A stretch of DNA of 64,000 nt from Gnetum montanum (Eukaryota; Plantae; Gnetophyta): positions 46,464-110,463 of the forward strand of contig MNCI01002485.1 of assembly GCA_015680685.1 (NCBI GenBank), in the 5' to 3' direction. Both the position numbers and the translations under genes were made by a program. Positions 26,850-39,423 of this stretch are shown in pieces; the stretch's first letter is position 1; each line of letters starts with the position of its first letter. The notes below the pieces were generated by a model. That model was not told the origin of the DNA, searched no databases, and saw only the letters and a program-made list of their open reading frames with translations.

Positions 26850-28367
26850 TTGAGTTATGGAATAGAAAGTCGAGTTCTAGATAACATTATCTACAGAAGG
26901 CCATGATAGGTGCCAAGAACATGATCCTAAAAATGTTGCAAAGAAAGGCCTTTGTTGTAGAATCCTATAAATGACAAGTAGCAGAGCATTTCAAGAAAAA
27001 ACTTGAAATTGAATTTAATTCTATAGGTGAGCTATTTTATGAGGTTGAGTTGCATAACATATCTTGTTTGGAAGCCATGGCTGCTTACTGTAATAAGTTT
27101 ATCTTTGTTATAAATCAAGTTAGAGTTGTGCTTTTGTTTCTTAGACACAAATAACAACATTGAGAGGGGTAGTGAATTAGGACTATAAAAGGATTTGTGG
27201 AAAACAGAGACTGGTAAAAAATAAGCAATAAGGTCCTAAACAAATTTTAATGTCAAAATTAGAATAGTAATGTAAGAAAGAATAAATGAACATAGAGCTT
27301 TTTAAGGTGGTTCAACTACTAGAATGGTTGGCCTACATCCACCGTAAAAGCCTCCCCGGTCCTTAGGGGGTAGGGTAATTTATTAGCTAAAAAAATTACA
27401 ATGGTTGTCTTATAGTTCCGAACTTAGCACAATAGCATGGCTCATGTCACATTCATAGCATAATGAGAAATGTTATAGAATCTTACCCTCTTAGGTCAAA
27501 GTGAAACACTATCTTTTCTAAAACTATGGCTTAAGAATTACAAAGCTCTTTCAAGAGAAAGAGAGAGAAAAAATGAGAAGAGGAGAACAGATGAAGAAAT
27601 TTCACTTCAAGCATACACCTAGCAAGAAATCCCAATTCAAGCATATACTTGGCAAGAACTAGAATATACAAATCTACAACTAAGATTTCCAATATGTAGT
27701 AGAAAATCTTGTTCCTAAAGCTATTATGGATAGAGATGAAATAATGATAAAGAGAGGAAGCTATAGCCATTAATAATCCATTTGGAGAAGATTGTGAAGA
27801 TCTCTTATTGTATCATTGTGTTTGATAAGTATTGAAAGCTTGGTAGAGGAAGCAATTTGTTATTTCATTTTTTGTGCTAATGATCTTTGTGCCATGGACA
27901 ATGGCTATTTTTCATTCCGTTTTTTACATGAAAAATGATGCCAGACATTGAAAGAAGAAATGACATTAGATATTAAAAGTAGAAATAATGTTACACCTCG
28001 AAGTGAAAACCATATGGAATGGAAACGATGTTGCATGTTGAAAGTGGAATGATGTTGCATGTTGAAGTGAAAACAATATTGCATGTTAGAGTAGAAACCA
28101 TGTGCAAGTGGAAATGATGTTGCATGTTGAAGTGGAGCGATGTTGCACATTAAAGTGAAATGATGCACATTGAAGTGAAAATAATGTTGCACACCAGAGT
28201 GGAAATCACATGTAAGTGGAAACAACATTACACACTGAACTGGAAACACCTTTGCACATTAAAAACTTATAATTAGTAATGACATATTGCATTGAAAGTC
28301 AAAATAACTTTGCACATTAAAACAAGTAATAATGTTCCAAGTTGAAGTGATAACAATGTTACACATT
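26850..28367 (-). repeat. 5' LTR of the copia element (truncated at the Tat insertion)
   Basis: Direct repeat of 19610-21015 with the same ~20-bp array at 27940-28365. The terminal CCCAACA block is missing. Confidence 0.8.
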
Positions 28368-29968
28368 TGTTGAGACCAAAAAGCTCGATTGCTAGAACGA
28401 AAACTAAGGATCCTCAGAGCAAACAATTCCTCAACCGTAAGTCCCTAGGGTCTTCATGACAAAAATGGGATTTGAGGCTAGTCCAACAAATCAACTAGGG
28501 ACTTAGGAGATGCAAAACATGGAAATATAAACAGATCTGAATAATGCACAAATAATAACTTTATTTTTGAACAAAAAGCTCAAAACTTAAAAATTTATTG
28601 AGAAAAGAATAAGGAATAAGTTAGAGAAATGTGTAGAAATGGTGCTTGGATGAGCAAAAAAGGGTTTCACTTGAGCAAGAGTTCAAAGTCTATTGAAGCC
28701 AAGATGATCTGCTCCACGATTCGGGTGCTAAGCCACTCTTGTTGTTATTGAACCTTCCTTTGTTGCTGCAACCTTGGATTTGCTAATTTGGTCACTACTA
28801 TGGGGATGAGAAGGGGAGAGTATTTTGATGTTAAGTTACTCCACACTAGGTTTGGAGTCATAGAAGTGTAGTGTTAACACCAAAATCCATCAAATCTCAA
28901 GGCCTTATTGCTTCTCTACTAGGGTTCAAGAGACTACAAGTATGGGAACTTGTAAGAGCTTGTGAGTGCCTAAAAATGACCCAGGTATGGAGTTGTGTGT
29001 ATGGAAATTGCTACTAAAAATTTCTTGTGAGTGTAGGATATTGTCAAAAATGCTCAACCTTATACAAAATTACTCAACCTTGTCAAAAAATATAGAGCCT
29101 TCTAAAAAAATCTGTGTCCAACCTATAAATGTTGTTGGATTTTGGCTTTTATAGGGTGTTTGGGCCATGAATGGGGCTACAGATTGGCTAAAAATTTGAT
29201 GTAATTTTGTTGCAAATTGGATGCCAATTTTGGGTGAAATGGGCATCCAAATTTGGGTGGTTACTAAAAATAGTAAGTGCTTCCCCCATGGCCATTCCAT
29301 TTACTAAACATAGTAATAGTAGCTTCTTTTCCACATTGGAGATGAATCTTCCACACTGAGCTCTTCACCATGCTTGTTGAAGTGGCTAGTCAATGTTAAA
29401 GTGCATAACTTGATAAATTTTGCCTCTTGTGGCTTCCACGCTGGGGGAGGGGTGGAGGACTTTCTAGGCTAGGGGAAAAGTTTCTAGGCTAGGGGGTAAC
29501 TTTCCAGGTGGGGTGAAAGTTTCCAAGCTGGGGGGAAACTTTCCAATTTGAGGGGAAAGTTTCCAAAATGTGCCTTTGGTCTCCATGTTGAAGGGGGAAA
29601 AGTTTTCAAACCCCCATCCTTCCATGTCGGGGGTAGGTAAGATCTACCCCCTTGCATGTGTTTTGAACATAGAAAAATGTCTAACTTCCATAAAACCCAT
29701 GAAATTACCTTTTTTTGGCATTCCAAAAGGCATTTTTGATGCCCCTAAGCCTAAATATAGACACTAGGTGACTTGTTTTTTCACTTGGGGGATAAGGCTT
29801 TGACCACTTATGAGGCATTTTTCAGCCCCAAAAGTATAAAATAGGTGAAATTGCCCATGGTGGGTTACAATTTTCACATTTTCAAGGAAGTTTTGCCTTG
29901 GGTTCCATGGGGTGAAATCTACATGATGAAGACTAGTTATAACATGCAAACTTTTGTGGTGTTTCAAT
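28368..29968 (-). repeat. Tat 3' LTR (~1.6 kb)
   Basis: Bounded by TGTTG at 28368 and a degenerate GTTTCAA next to the PPT. Contains TTCCA(C/T)G(C/T)TG motifs shared with the internal array. Confidence 0.65.
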
Positions 29969-30229
29969 GGCCCCTCTTTTTTAGTGTCTGGAGGATTGAC
30001 CCGGGAGGCATCGACAAAGAATACAAAACATCATTGCATATTATAATGTTACAATGCATAGAGGCCACAAGAGAATTAGGCTATCTAGGTTACCAATGTT
30101 GCTAGTTTAAGGTTGTGGTGGGCCATGGTATAGTTTAAGGCCCTAGCAGGCTGTGTTGCTAGTTTAAGGTCGTAGCAAACCATTGAAAGAAGGCTTGCTT
30201 GTTGACAATTCGTTGGCTACATGTAGTAT

Positions 30230-33200
30230 GGCTTTAGATAGGAATGATTGACTGGATTGGCTAGCTCAGTCCCATCCATGTTAGTTGTTCTGAATGCTCC
30301 ATTTCCATAGGCCCTAGTGATAAGAAAGGACCCTTCCTAGTTAGCTAAGAATTTGTCTACATGCTCATGGATGGCCTCGAGGATGAGGTCCCCCTCATTG
30401 ATCTTGCACATGGTTAGGTTATGGTGATGTTGTCACTTTTGGCTTTCTTGATAGTGCTGGATGTGAGCAAGCACTTGCATACTCTACTTCATTAAATCTA
30501 GTGCTACTATCTATAACTCCTTACTATACTCATCGTTGATGAAGTCAGTCAAGGATACTCGGAGCAATGGTACGTGCAATTCAAGAGGTAAAACAACTTC
30601 AGAACCATAAACAATGTTGCAAGGGGCCATATCAGTTGCTATGAAATAGGTTGTTCTATGTCCATAGTGCATGGATAAGCTACTCATGCCACTTCCACTT
30701 GCTATTGTTGAGCATCTTCTTGAGCAAGTTGATGATGGCCTTGTTGCTTGCTTTTGCTTGTCCGTTAGCTTGAGGGTAGTAAGGCGATAAGAAAGAATGT
30801 GTAATGCCTAGGTTGTGACAAAAATCCTTGGTTTCTTAGTTGTTGAATTGAGGTTCATTATCTATAACTATGGTTATGGGTATGCCAAAATGAGCTACAA
30901 TTTTGTCTAGGATAAATTTGCAAACTTGTTCAGATGTGATCTTACTTAGAGGAATAGCATCAACCCACTTAGTAAAGTATTTGATTGCAGTGATGATGAG
31001 GCTATGCCCTATAGTAGATTTAGGCATTATGGGTCCAGTGATATCTAACCCCCATCGTTGAAACAACCATGTTATCTAGGTCATATGCAACTCAATTGGT
31101 GATACATATATCAAGTTGCTATATCGTTGGAATGTGTCACATCACTTAACCTTTTGTAGACAGTCATTTTCCATATGGGGCTAATATTAGATTGATCGTA
31201 TGATCTTAGCGGCCATGGCTCTAAGTCTTATATGTCTTATATGGGGCCAATAGTAGATTGACCGTTTGATCTTAGCTTTAGTTTTGCCTAAGCACTTTAG
31301 GAGTATGTCATCGTAGGACCATTAACATAATGTATTATTACCTATGATGACATACTACTTCAACTGCTTGTGTATGATGTTCGTCTAAGAAGTAGTCAAT
31401 ATGTGTGAGGATTGAAGATGCATAAGGTAAAATTTGATATTGTCATACCACTCCTTGGAAGGAGTAGTATGAGCAACAGCCATAAAGGTATCCTCAATGT
31501 TTTGTGTAATGGGCGTAGTGTAGTTCATAGTTAAGGTGGGCAACTTGCTAAACACATTTGGCATCACACCAAGGCCTAATGTTGCAATTGCATTAGCTAT
31601 GGTGTTTTCATTTTTGGGTATGTGTTGGATATCAATGTTTGTGAATTGTTGTAATAATTTCTTTCCTATGTCACAGTAAGGTTGTAAATGCTTAGCTTTG
31701 CATGCATAAACTTTGGTTACTTGGTTAACCATGAGTTGTGAATCACATTTTATGGCTAGGCATCTTATTCCTAGGTCATGAGCTAGTATCATTCCTGTAA
31801 TCAAACACTTATATTCCACTATGTTGTTGGTGCATGAAAATCCAAAATGATAGGCAAAGGGTTGGATTTCACTAGATGGGAATGTTATGATGGTAGCAGC
31901 ACTAGCCCCATGGGCAATTGAAGCTTCGACAAAGTTCATGACTATCTCATAACCCTTAGGCACTTGGCTAACTGTGTTAATGTGTTCATTAGGGAACTCA
32001 AGGTCTATGGCTACTTGGTCATCAACAGGTAAAATTTTGAGTTATATAGCTATAACTTGACCTTTTCTTGAGGACTAAGAGACATAATGGAGGTCAAACT
32101 TTGCGATTATGGCTTTTCATCAAGCTATATGGCTACTTTCATAGATTTTGGTCATTATGGCTCTAAGTATGTTGTCATTGCAAATTAAGTTGACTTAGCT
32201 TCTAAAGAGGTAGTGTCTCCATTTCTTCAAAGAGAAGACTAGTGCTAGACAATGCTTCTCCACTTTAGTGTATTGGGTCTCATGGGCTACTAATGAATGG
32301 ATAAGGTATTATAGAAGCATTTCTACTCCATAATCATGTTTCTGATAGAGTAGAGAGGAAATGGATGTATTAGAGATGGTAAGACAAATGTAAAATAGTT
32401 TACCTCTTGTGGAGAATAGACTATCAGTAGTTATGTTAATTCTTGCTTAACGTTTTCAAAGGCTTCTTGGCATTGAGCTGTCCACTCATAGTGAACTCCT
32501 TTCTTAAGCTAGTGATGTGTAAGCCTAGCAATAAACCTACGAAGAAATTGTAGTTTTCCCATAATCCCTAAAGCTCTGTAAGGTTGGTAGGTGTTACCAA
32601 TCTGGATATGGCCTTAACCTTATCAGGATCTATGTGTATCCCTACTTCAAAGATGAAAAAGCTAAGCATCTTACCAGTCTTGACATCGAAGACACACTTC
32701 TTAGGATTGAGCCTAAGCTTATTTTTCAGGCATCATTTATGCTCAAGATCTAGGTCATTGGCATGATCATTGGCTATCTTAGACTTCACAGCTATGTCAT
32801 CTATATAATCATTAAGCAAACCTAACATGTAATCACTAAAGATATAGGTCATGGCTCTTTGGAATGCTGCTTCGACATTCTTAAGACCAAAAGACATCAT
32901 GGTATAAAAAAAGTACCCCATGGAGTCATAAATGTTGTGCTAAGTTAGTGCTCTAGGTTGATCCTAATTTGGTTATATCTCGAGAATCCATCCATAAAGG
33001 ACAACAAGCCATGTCCAGCTATAGTATTAATAAGTTGATGAATACTAGGCAAAGGAAACTCATCCTTGATGGTGGCTTTATTTAGGTCTTAAAAATCAAT
33101 GCAAATATGAATAGTCCCATTTTTCTTAGGGACTACGACTATGTTGGATAACTATTCTACATAATCGATAGCCCTAATGAAACCTAGTTGGTAGAGCTTT

Positions 33201-33700
33201 GAGATTTCATCATGAACTACCGAGGCCAAATTAAGTCTAATCTTGCACACTCTTTGCTTAATTGGTCTAATGCTAGGATCTAGTATGATGTTGTGTTGGA
33301 CTAGATGTGCATTTAAGCCTAGCATATCTTCATATGACCAAGAAAATGTTTTAATGTTGTTTTGTAAGACTTTAGTGATGTCTTGGATGCATTGAGGCTC
33401 CAGTGAGGAACTTAATTTAAGGGTTTTCTCCTCATCACTGTGTGTTGTGATAGGAACCTCAACTAAAGGGTCTTTAGTTATGTCTCTTATTTCCAAGTCA
33501 AGGGTTTTGACTAGGTTTTTAGGCCATTCTAGAGGTTTCTCTATTGAGGCTATGTGGTCTATATGACTCTTAGGCTCAATATCTAGGCAGTCATGGTCAA
33601 TACACCGTTTAATATCACCATGAGGTCCATGTAGACATAAAGGCAAATTGATTTGCTCCCAAGTACTCATACTTTGATCTTGCATATCAACCAAAAGCAT
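30230..33700 (-). pseudogene. Tat pol remnant: RT, RH, aRH, INT
   Basis: RT FSWSYEDMLG...MSFGLKN...YIDDI; RH VEKHCLALVFSLKKWRHYL; aRH TNNIVEY...CDSQLMVNQV; INT FQRWGLDITGPI...YFTKWVDA. Confidence 0.92.
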
Positions 33701-34374
33701 ATTAAGTGAAACTTGGGTAAAAGTGAATAAATAATGTTAATATGCCATAAAACATATGCAAATCTAATGAAATCAAGGTCATCCAAGGCCATCAATGACA
33801 TGAGGTTAATTTAGAAAAGTGCAACAAAGGTAAATAAAGGTTGCATAAAGGTCAAAAAAGGGGAAATACAAGGAGTGAGGCCACAAATGATCAATAAAGG
33901 TTAAAATTTTACCAATTTAAGGCCTTAGTAGGCCGTGATGCCAGTTCATAGTCTTGGTGGACTATGATGCCAATTTAAGCCCTTAGCGGGCCATGGTCAT
34001 ATGGTGTTAAACGATGGTTAGGTAAGGTCAAACCCCACAATTTGGTACCATTTAAAGGCCAAACAAAGACAAATAGGTTTGTAATAAGGAAAACAATAAA
34101 CATATAGGGCTATATAGAGGCCATAGAAGGCCAACCATGTCCATAAGGCAATAGAAGTCTAAAAAACATGCTAAAACATTACAAAATAAGCCAAGAATAA
34201 AGTAAAATAGGAAATATATGATAAAATTTTGTTAATATAGGTAAAAAATGATTAATTTTTTCTAGTTTTAGGCCTTAGTGAGCCATGTTTTAAGGCTACA
34301 AGGCTATTAGGTGAGTTTAGACATCAATCAAGGCTATTTTGGGCTATATAGACCCAAAAATCAAGTGTTCTGAG

Positions 34375-36700
34375 GCTTCCATGCTAGGATTAGCATGGAA
34401 ATAGGGACTCCTAGTATGGAGACTAGGGAAAATATGTTTTGGGATGTTTAGAGGTCCAAAATTAAGGTCCAGTGACCTTCCTAAGGCAATGCAAGGTCAA
34501 ATCTATTAAAATTGGGATTCCTAGAAGTTTATAAAGTCCAAAAAGCAAGTTTTGAAGCCTTCCCCCATTGTTTCCACGTTGGATAGCATGGAAAATAGAG
34601 AGGTTAGCATGGGAAATGAAAATCTAAGTAATAATTAGGTCAACTAGGTGGTTGGAGCCTAGATCTAGAACTTGTGAATCTCCCAGCTTCATTCTCAAGC
34701 AATTTAAGGTTATCTTGAGTGTTAATAGGTGTTGAAATAACTCCCCCCCTTCTTCCATATTGGGTATAGTATCCTTAGTGTGGAAAAGATGGGGATAATT
34801 ATTTGATGAATTTAGAGTGGCTATGGAGCACTTTGACTAGGTTTCTAGGCCCATAGGCTATAGACTTCGATTCTACAAGTTTTTGGTTGATTTTGGGCAT
34901 GTTTGAAGGCTATTTAAGGGCACTTAAGGTCTTGCCTCCTATTTACATACTAGGGAGTTACTCCAACATGGAAGAATTGGGTTACTGATTTTTGGAGGTG
35001 GGGACAAAGTTGGATAAGTAAAATCTTGAGGATGTGAGGTCATAGGCTTCTTCAGCAAAGATCTTTGGGTTCTGAGAGTGTCATCTTGCCTTCAAAATTG
35101 GAAAAGAAACATCCCCTTGTTTCCATGCTAGGGAGGTTATTATAGGGTGGAAGAAGCAAGAGTCCTAGATTTAAGCCAATTTGGATCACAATTGACTGTG
35201 CATGTTACTTCCTAGGGTTGTCAAGGTCAAGGGCTATGGATCCATGTCAAAATTTGATAGCTTTGGGCATTCTTTAGTGGTTTTTTTAGCTTCCCCCTTT
35301 CTTCCATGTTGGGGATAGAAAGCTCAACATGGAAAACAAGGGAAAATGGATTTTTGACCAATTTTAACTTAATCAACTTTGCATGTGAAACCCCAGAGCT
35401 ACTAGGGTTGAGGACTGGGGTTTGATGTCAAGTTTTGGTAATTTTGAGCATCTCTAAGTGGTATTTTGGCTTCCTCCATTTCTTCCATGCTGAGGATAAA
35501 AAGCTTGATGTGGGAAAAAATGGGGAATTGATTTTTAACTAATTTAAACCTCAATTAACTTTGCATGTCAACCTCTAGGGCTATCAGGGTTGAGGACTGG
35601 GGTTTGGAGCCAAAACTAGATATTTTAGAGGTTTTTAAAGTGGTTTTATTAACTCCCCCCATCTTTACATGTTGGGACTTCCATGCTCAGCATGGAAAAA
35701 AGGGAGGAAAGATTTGTGGTGCTTTATTATCACTTTCAGTCATGCATGTGGGCTCCTAAAGTTACTAGCCATAATGGTTAACGCATGGTGTCAAAGTTTG
35801 GCTATCTTGAAGATTGATGAGTGATTTTTTGGCTTTCCCCTCATTTTTCCATGCTAGGGCTTCCATGCTCAATTTGGAAAAATGGGGAAAAACATTTTTG
35901 GTTGATTTTGACCATGCATGCAGATTTTTGGGGTTGTTGGCAATGACTGCTACTACTTGATGTTAAAATTTTGTTGTTTCAAGGTTGACAAGACATTTTT
36001 CGAACTTTCCCCCATTTTCCATGTTGGGGATTCCATGCTCAGTGTGGAAAAATAGGGAAAAAGCCTTTTGATAATTTTTGATCATTTTAAAGCATGCATG
36101 CAGGCTTCTTAAGTTGTCGGCATTGACTACTAACATCTGATGTCAAAATTTGGTTATCTCAAATGTCATAAGGTAGTTTTTAGACTTTTCCCCATTTTTC
36201 CATGTTGGGACTTCTATGATCATCATGGAAAATTATGGGAAATGATTTTTGATTACTTTTAGCCACTCTCAGACATGTGTGCAAGCTTCCCAGGTTGTCG
36301 GTGATGATGGTTGCTACTGGATGTCAAAATTTGGTTATTTCAAGGTTGATAAAGCATTTTTTTGGACTTCCCTCCTTTTTCCATGCTAGGGATTCCATGC
36401 TTGATGTGGAAATTAGAAGGAAATATTTTTGGTCACTTTTGATCATGCATGTAGGCCCTTAATGTTGCTGGTGTTGCCTATTGCCATTTGATGCTAAAAT
36501 TTGATTTTTTCAAGCGTCATAAGCTAGTTTTTGGATTTCCGCCCATTTTCCATGCTAGGCCTTCCATGCTTAGCATGGAAAATTGGGGAAAAATATTTTT
36601 TTGGTAATTTTTGATCAATCTAGCTATGCATGAGTGCTCACAAGGTTTCCAAAATTTTTCATCAATGCCTAAGGTTAAGATCTAGTTGTTTTGGAGGCTA
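34375..36700. repeat. tandem array of about 13 units of ~180 bp, each with a TTCCATGCT...AGCATGGAA hairpin
   Basis: Cores at ~34375, 34570, 34752, 34942, 35121, 35302, 35483, 35665, 35847, 36017, 36198, 36379 and 36548. Confidence 0.85.
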
Positions 36701-36735
36701 TGAGGGGGTTTAGGTAAGCTTCTAAGTGCTTGCCT

Positions 36736-37529
36736 TTATGTCAATCTAGGATTCAGAGCATACACCCTAGATTCTTGTAAGTGTGACAAAATAGGACAAC
36801 ATCCCTTAGGATGTTTAGATTGGCAGATGTCACACCCACCATCATCATTTGATTCTAACTCCTCAACCTCTTCTACTACCATAGCTTTTCTATTACCCCT
36901 TTGGTAGGCATGTTTAGTTTCTTTTCTTCTCCTACAGTCACGATCACCACCTTGTTCTTTGGATTCTTCTACAATTTTTAGAGTAGTTAAAAATTTTTCA
37001 TCTAAATATTCCCACATTTTTTCAACCTTAGCCAAAATTTTAGACATAAATTTTTAAATTGGCAAGGTTTTTCATTACACCACTTCATCAAGTTGTGCCT
37101 CCTCCTTGCTATTATAGAATTAGACCTCCCTTTTTTTGATGGAAGGATCCTAGTTATACTCCTCAACACTTTTCCATTTTCTCAACTCACCTTCTTTTTT
37201 TTGCAACTTACTCAATTAGCCTTTAAATTTGATGGACTCTTAGCTTTGATAATCTCCCTTGGGCATAGACCACAAGAGTTTTTGATCGAAGTCCATCTAT
37301 GATATGGTGAAGCTGCTCCCATTGAGAATAACCATGGATAGGACATCTATGCAAAATGGAATAATACCTACCCATGGCTGTGTCCAAGGGTTCATGTGTC
37401 CCTTATCACCATCCTTGGATTTGCTTTCTTAAATTTGACACTCACGAGTATGTTTGATATTTGTCATTAAAAAACTCTACCATAGTACTCCATCTTCGAA
37501 TTGATTCTAGCTCCAAGAAGCAGTACCAA
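36736..37529 (-). pseudogene. Athila-type gag fragment
   Basis: WYCFLELESIRRWSTMVEFFNDKYQTY...CPIHGYSQWEQLHHIIDG...CDICQSKHPKGCCP, collinear with the gag at 62780-63510. Confidence 0.85.
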
Positions 37530-38313
37530 CTAGGAAGTGAGACTAACTATTGCAATTGTTATCTTCCCAATTACACTTGTTAAATGCAAAGGTATGGTTA
37601 AGTGCAACTGAGGCATATGATTTTTATCATTTTTATATTTTAATTCACCTAAGCATAAAGAATAATGTATAAAATGAAATAATTAAATTACTAATTTAAT
37701 CTAACTAGCTACACCTAACTAATCCTAACATAAGCATCCATTCTCACTTATGGTACACATCCTGAACATGTTTAATGCTACTGCGTTACCAAACATTAAG
37801 CGTTACTATGATTACCAAGCACCAAGCATATGCTTAAAGTAGTCATACTTATGTGCTTAATTACTCACTATTTAATCTAACTTAATTTAGCTTAATTAAT
37901 TATTTAATTACTTAAGAAATTAAGGAAATTGCACAAAATATTAAATGTAGAAATAAATAATTAATCTATTTCAAAGTGCTGCAAGGTTTGTCAAAAAGCT
38001 TATCTTTAGTGCCACACACACTATCATGCTTAGATACAATAGTGCTCAAATAAAGATTTATACACTATTTAACTTCTACTGTGGACACTTAAAAAAATAT
38101 TTCAACTTTCAAGTAAGAAAACTACAACAGATCCACTACAACTATAATCAAAGATGCCATAAACATAAAGGGTGAGCATGTATTTATAGGAAAAAATAGA
38201 CACTACATCGATGAGGCCACGTTAACTCATAAAATCCCACATCGACAAGGCCACATCGATGGGGTCACATCGACAAGGCTATGTCAACGAAACCAAGAAA
38301 ACATGACTCATCA
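37530..38313 (-). repeat. Athila-type LTR lacking ~105 bp at its 3' end
   Basis: Aligns to 54836-55580 and ends CTCATCA at 38313. Confidence 0.85.
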
Positions 38314-39423
38314 TACATCCAACCATACGGATCACTAAGTGTTCATGTGTGATCTAATTGAATTTCATGGACTTATAGCCTTCTAAGTACACTGGTCCCT
38401 AGGAATTGAAGCTAACCATTGCAATCATTGTCTTCCTAATTACACTTGGGAAATGCAAAGGTATGATTAAGTGCAACTAAGTCATATGATTTTGATCATT
38501 TTTATGTTTTAATTTGCCTAAGCATAAAGAATAATGTATAAAATTTAATAATTGAATTACCAATTTAATCAAACTAGCTACACCTAATTAATCCTAACGT
38601 AAGCATCCATTCCCACTTGTAGTACACATCCTGACATGTTTAACACTATTGAGTTACCAAATGTTAAGCATGACTAGGATCACCAAGTGTCAAGTGTGTG
38701 CTCAAAGTGGTTGTACTTATGTGCTTAATTAATCACTATTTAATTTAGCTTATTTAGCTTACTTAATTATTTAATTACTTAAAGTATTAAAGAAAATTGC
38801 ACAAAACATTAAATGCAAAATTGAATAATTAATCTATTTCAAAATGTTGCAAAGTTTATTAGAAACATCTTCTTTATTGCCGCACACACTACTATGCTCA
38901 GGTACAACAATGCTTGAATAAAGATCCATACACTCTTTGCCTTCTACTGTGGGCACTTAAAAAAATATTCTACCTTTCAAGCAAGAAAACTACAAGAGAT
39001 CTACTACAACTATGATCAAAGATGCCATAAACACAATGGGTGAGGATGTATTTATAGGTGAAAATAGACACTACATCGATAAGGCCACATCAATGCATCA
39101 AATCCCACATCAACAGGGCTACATTGACAAGGACTCTTCAATGAAACCTAAGAAAACACGAGTCATCATACCTTCATAATTGAATAAAAACTTGTCCTTG
39201 AGTGAACAAAAGAAGGAACAAGTTTCTTACAAATATTTGGGAAAGTATGGAATTATTGACTAACTATTAACATTCAAAAACATAAACACAAATAAGCACT
39301 AGGTGCCTGAGTGTACAGAATTACAATCATTACAAAATTTTGGTGTTCAAGATAATAAAATTGAACACTAGGACAAAAATGACAAACATAATTTCTTTGA
39401 TAGTATGAAACAAAGGAAGAAGT

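Larger units (their letters stand above)
19610..28367 (-). mobile_element. SIRE/Maximus-like Ty1/copia retrotransposon, decayed; 5' LTR interrupted by a Tat element
   Basis: Direct repeats ~19610-21015 and ~26850-28367; order gag-PR-INT-RT-RH; PPT AAAAAAGGGGGAGAT-TGTTG; AATTCA(T/C)CCCCCTCT motif in the LTR; extra PPT-like motifs near 21605 and 21765. Confidence 0.88.
28368..36720 (-). mobile_element. Tat-lineage (Ogre/Retand-type domain order) Ty3/gypsy retrotransposon, 5' part missing
   Basis: RT, RH, additional archaeal-type RNase H and INT in that order; PPT AAAAAAGAGGGGC at ~29970-29982; LTR boundary TGTTGAGACC at 28368. Confidence 0.85.

Noticed and set aside
26830-26850. tRNA-Met PBS of the copia element
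   Set aside because: GCTTCAATATGA is at the expected place but matches GCTCTGATACCA too poorly to call.
34375-36700. CRISPR-like look (palindromic cores with spacers)
   Set aside because: The spacers are homologous to each other, the cores are degenerate, the context is a plant TE and there are no cas genes. It is a tandem repeat.
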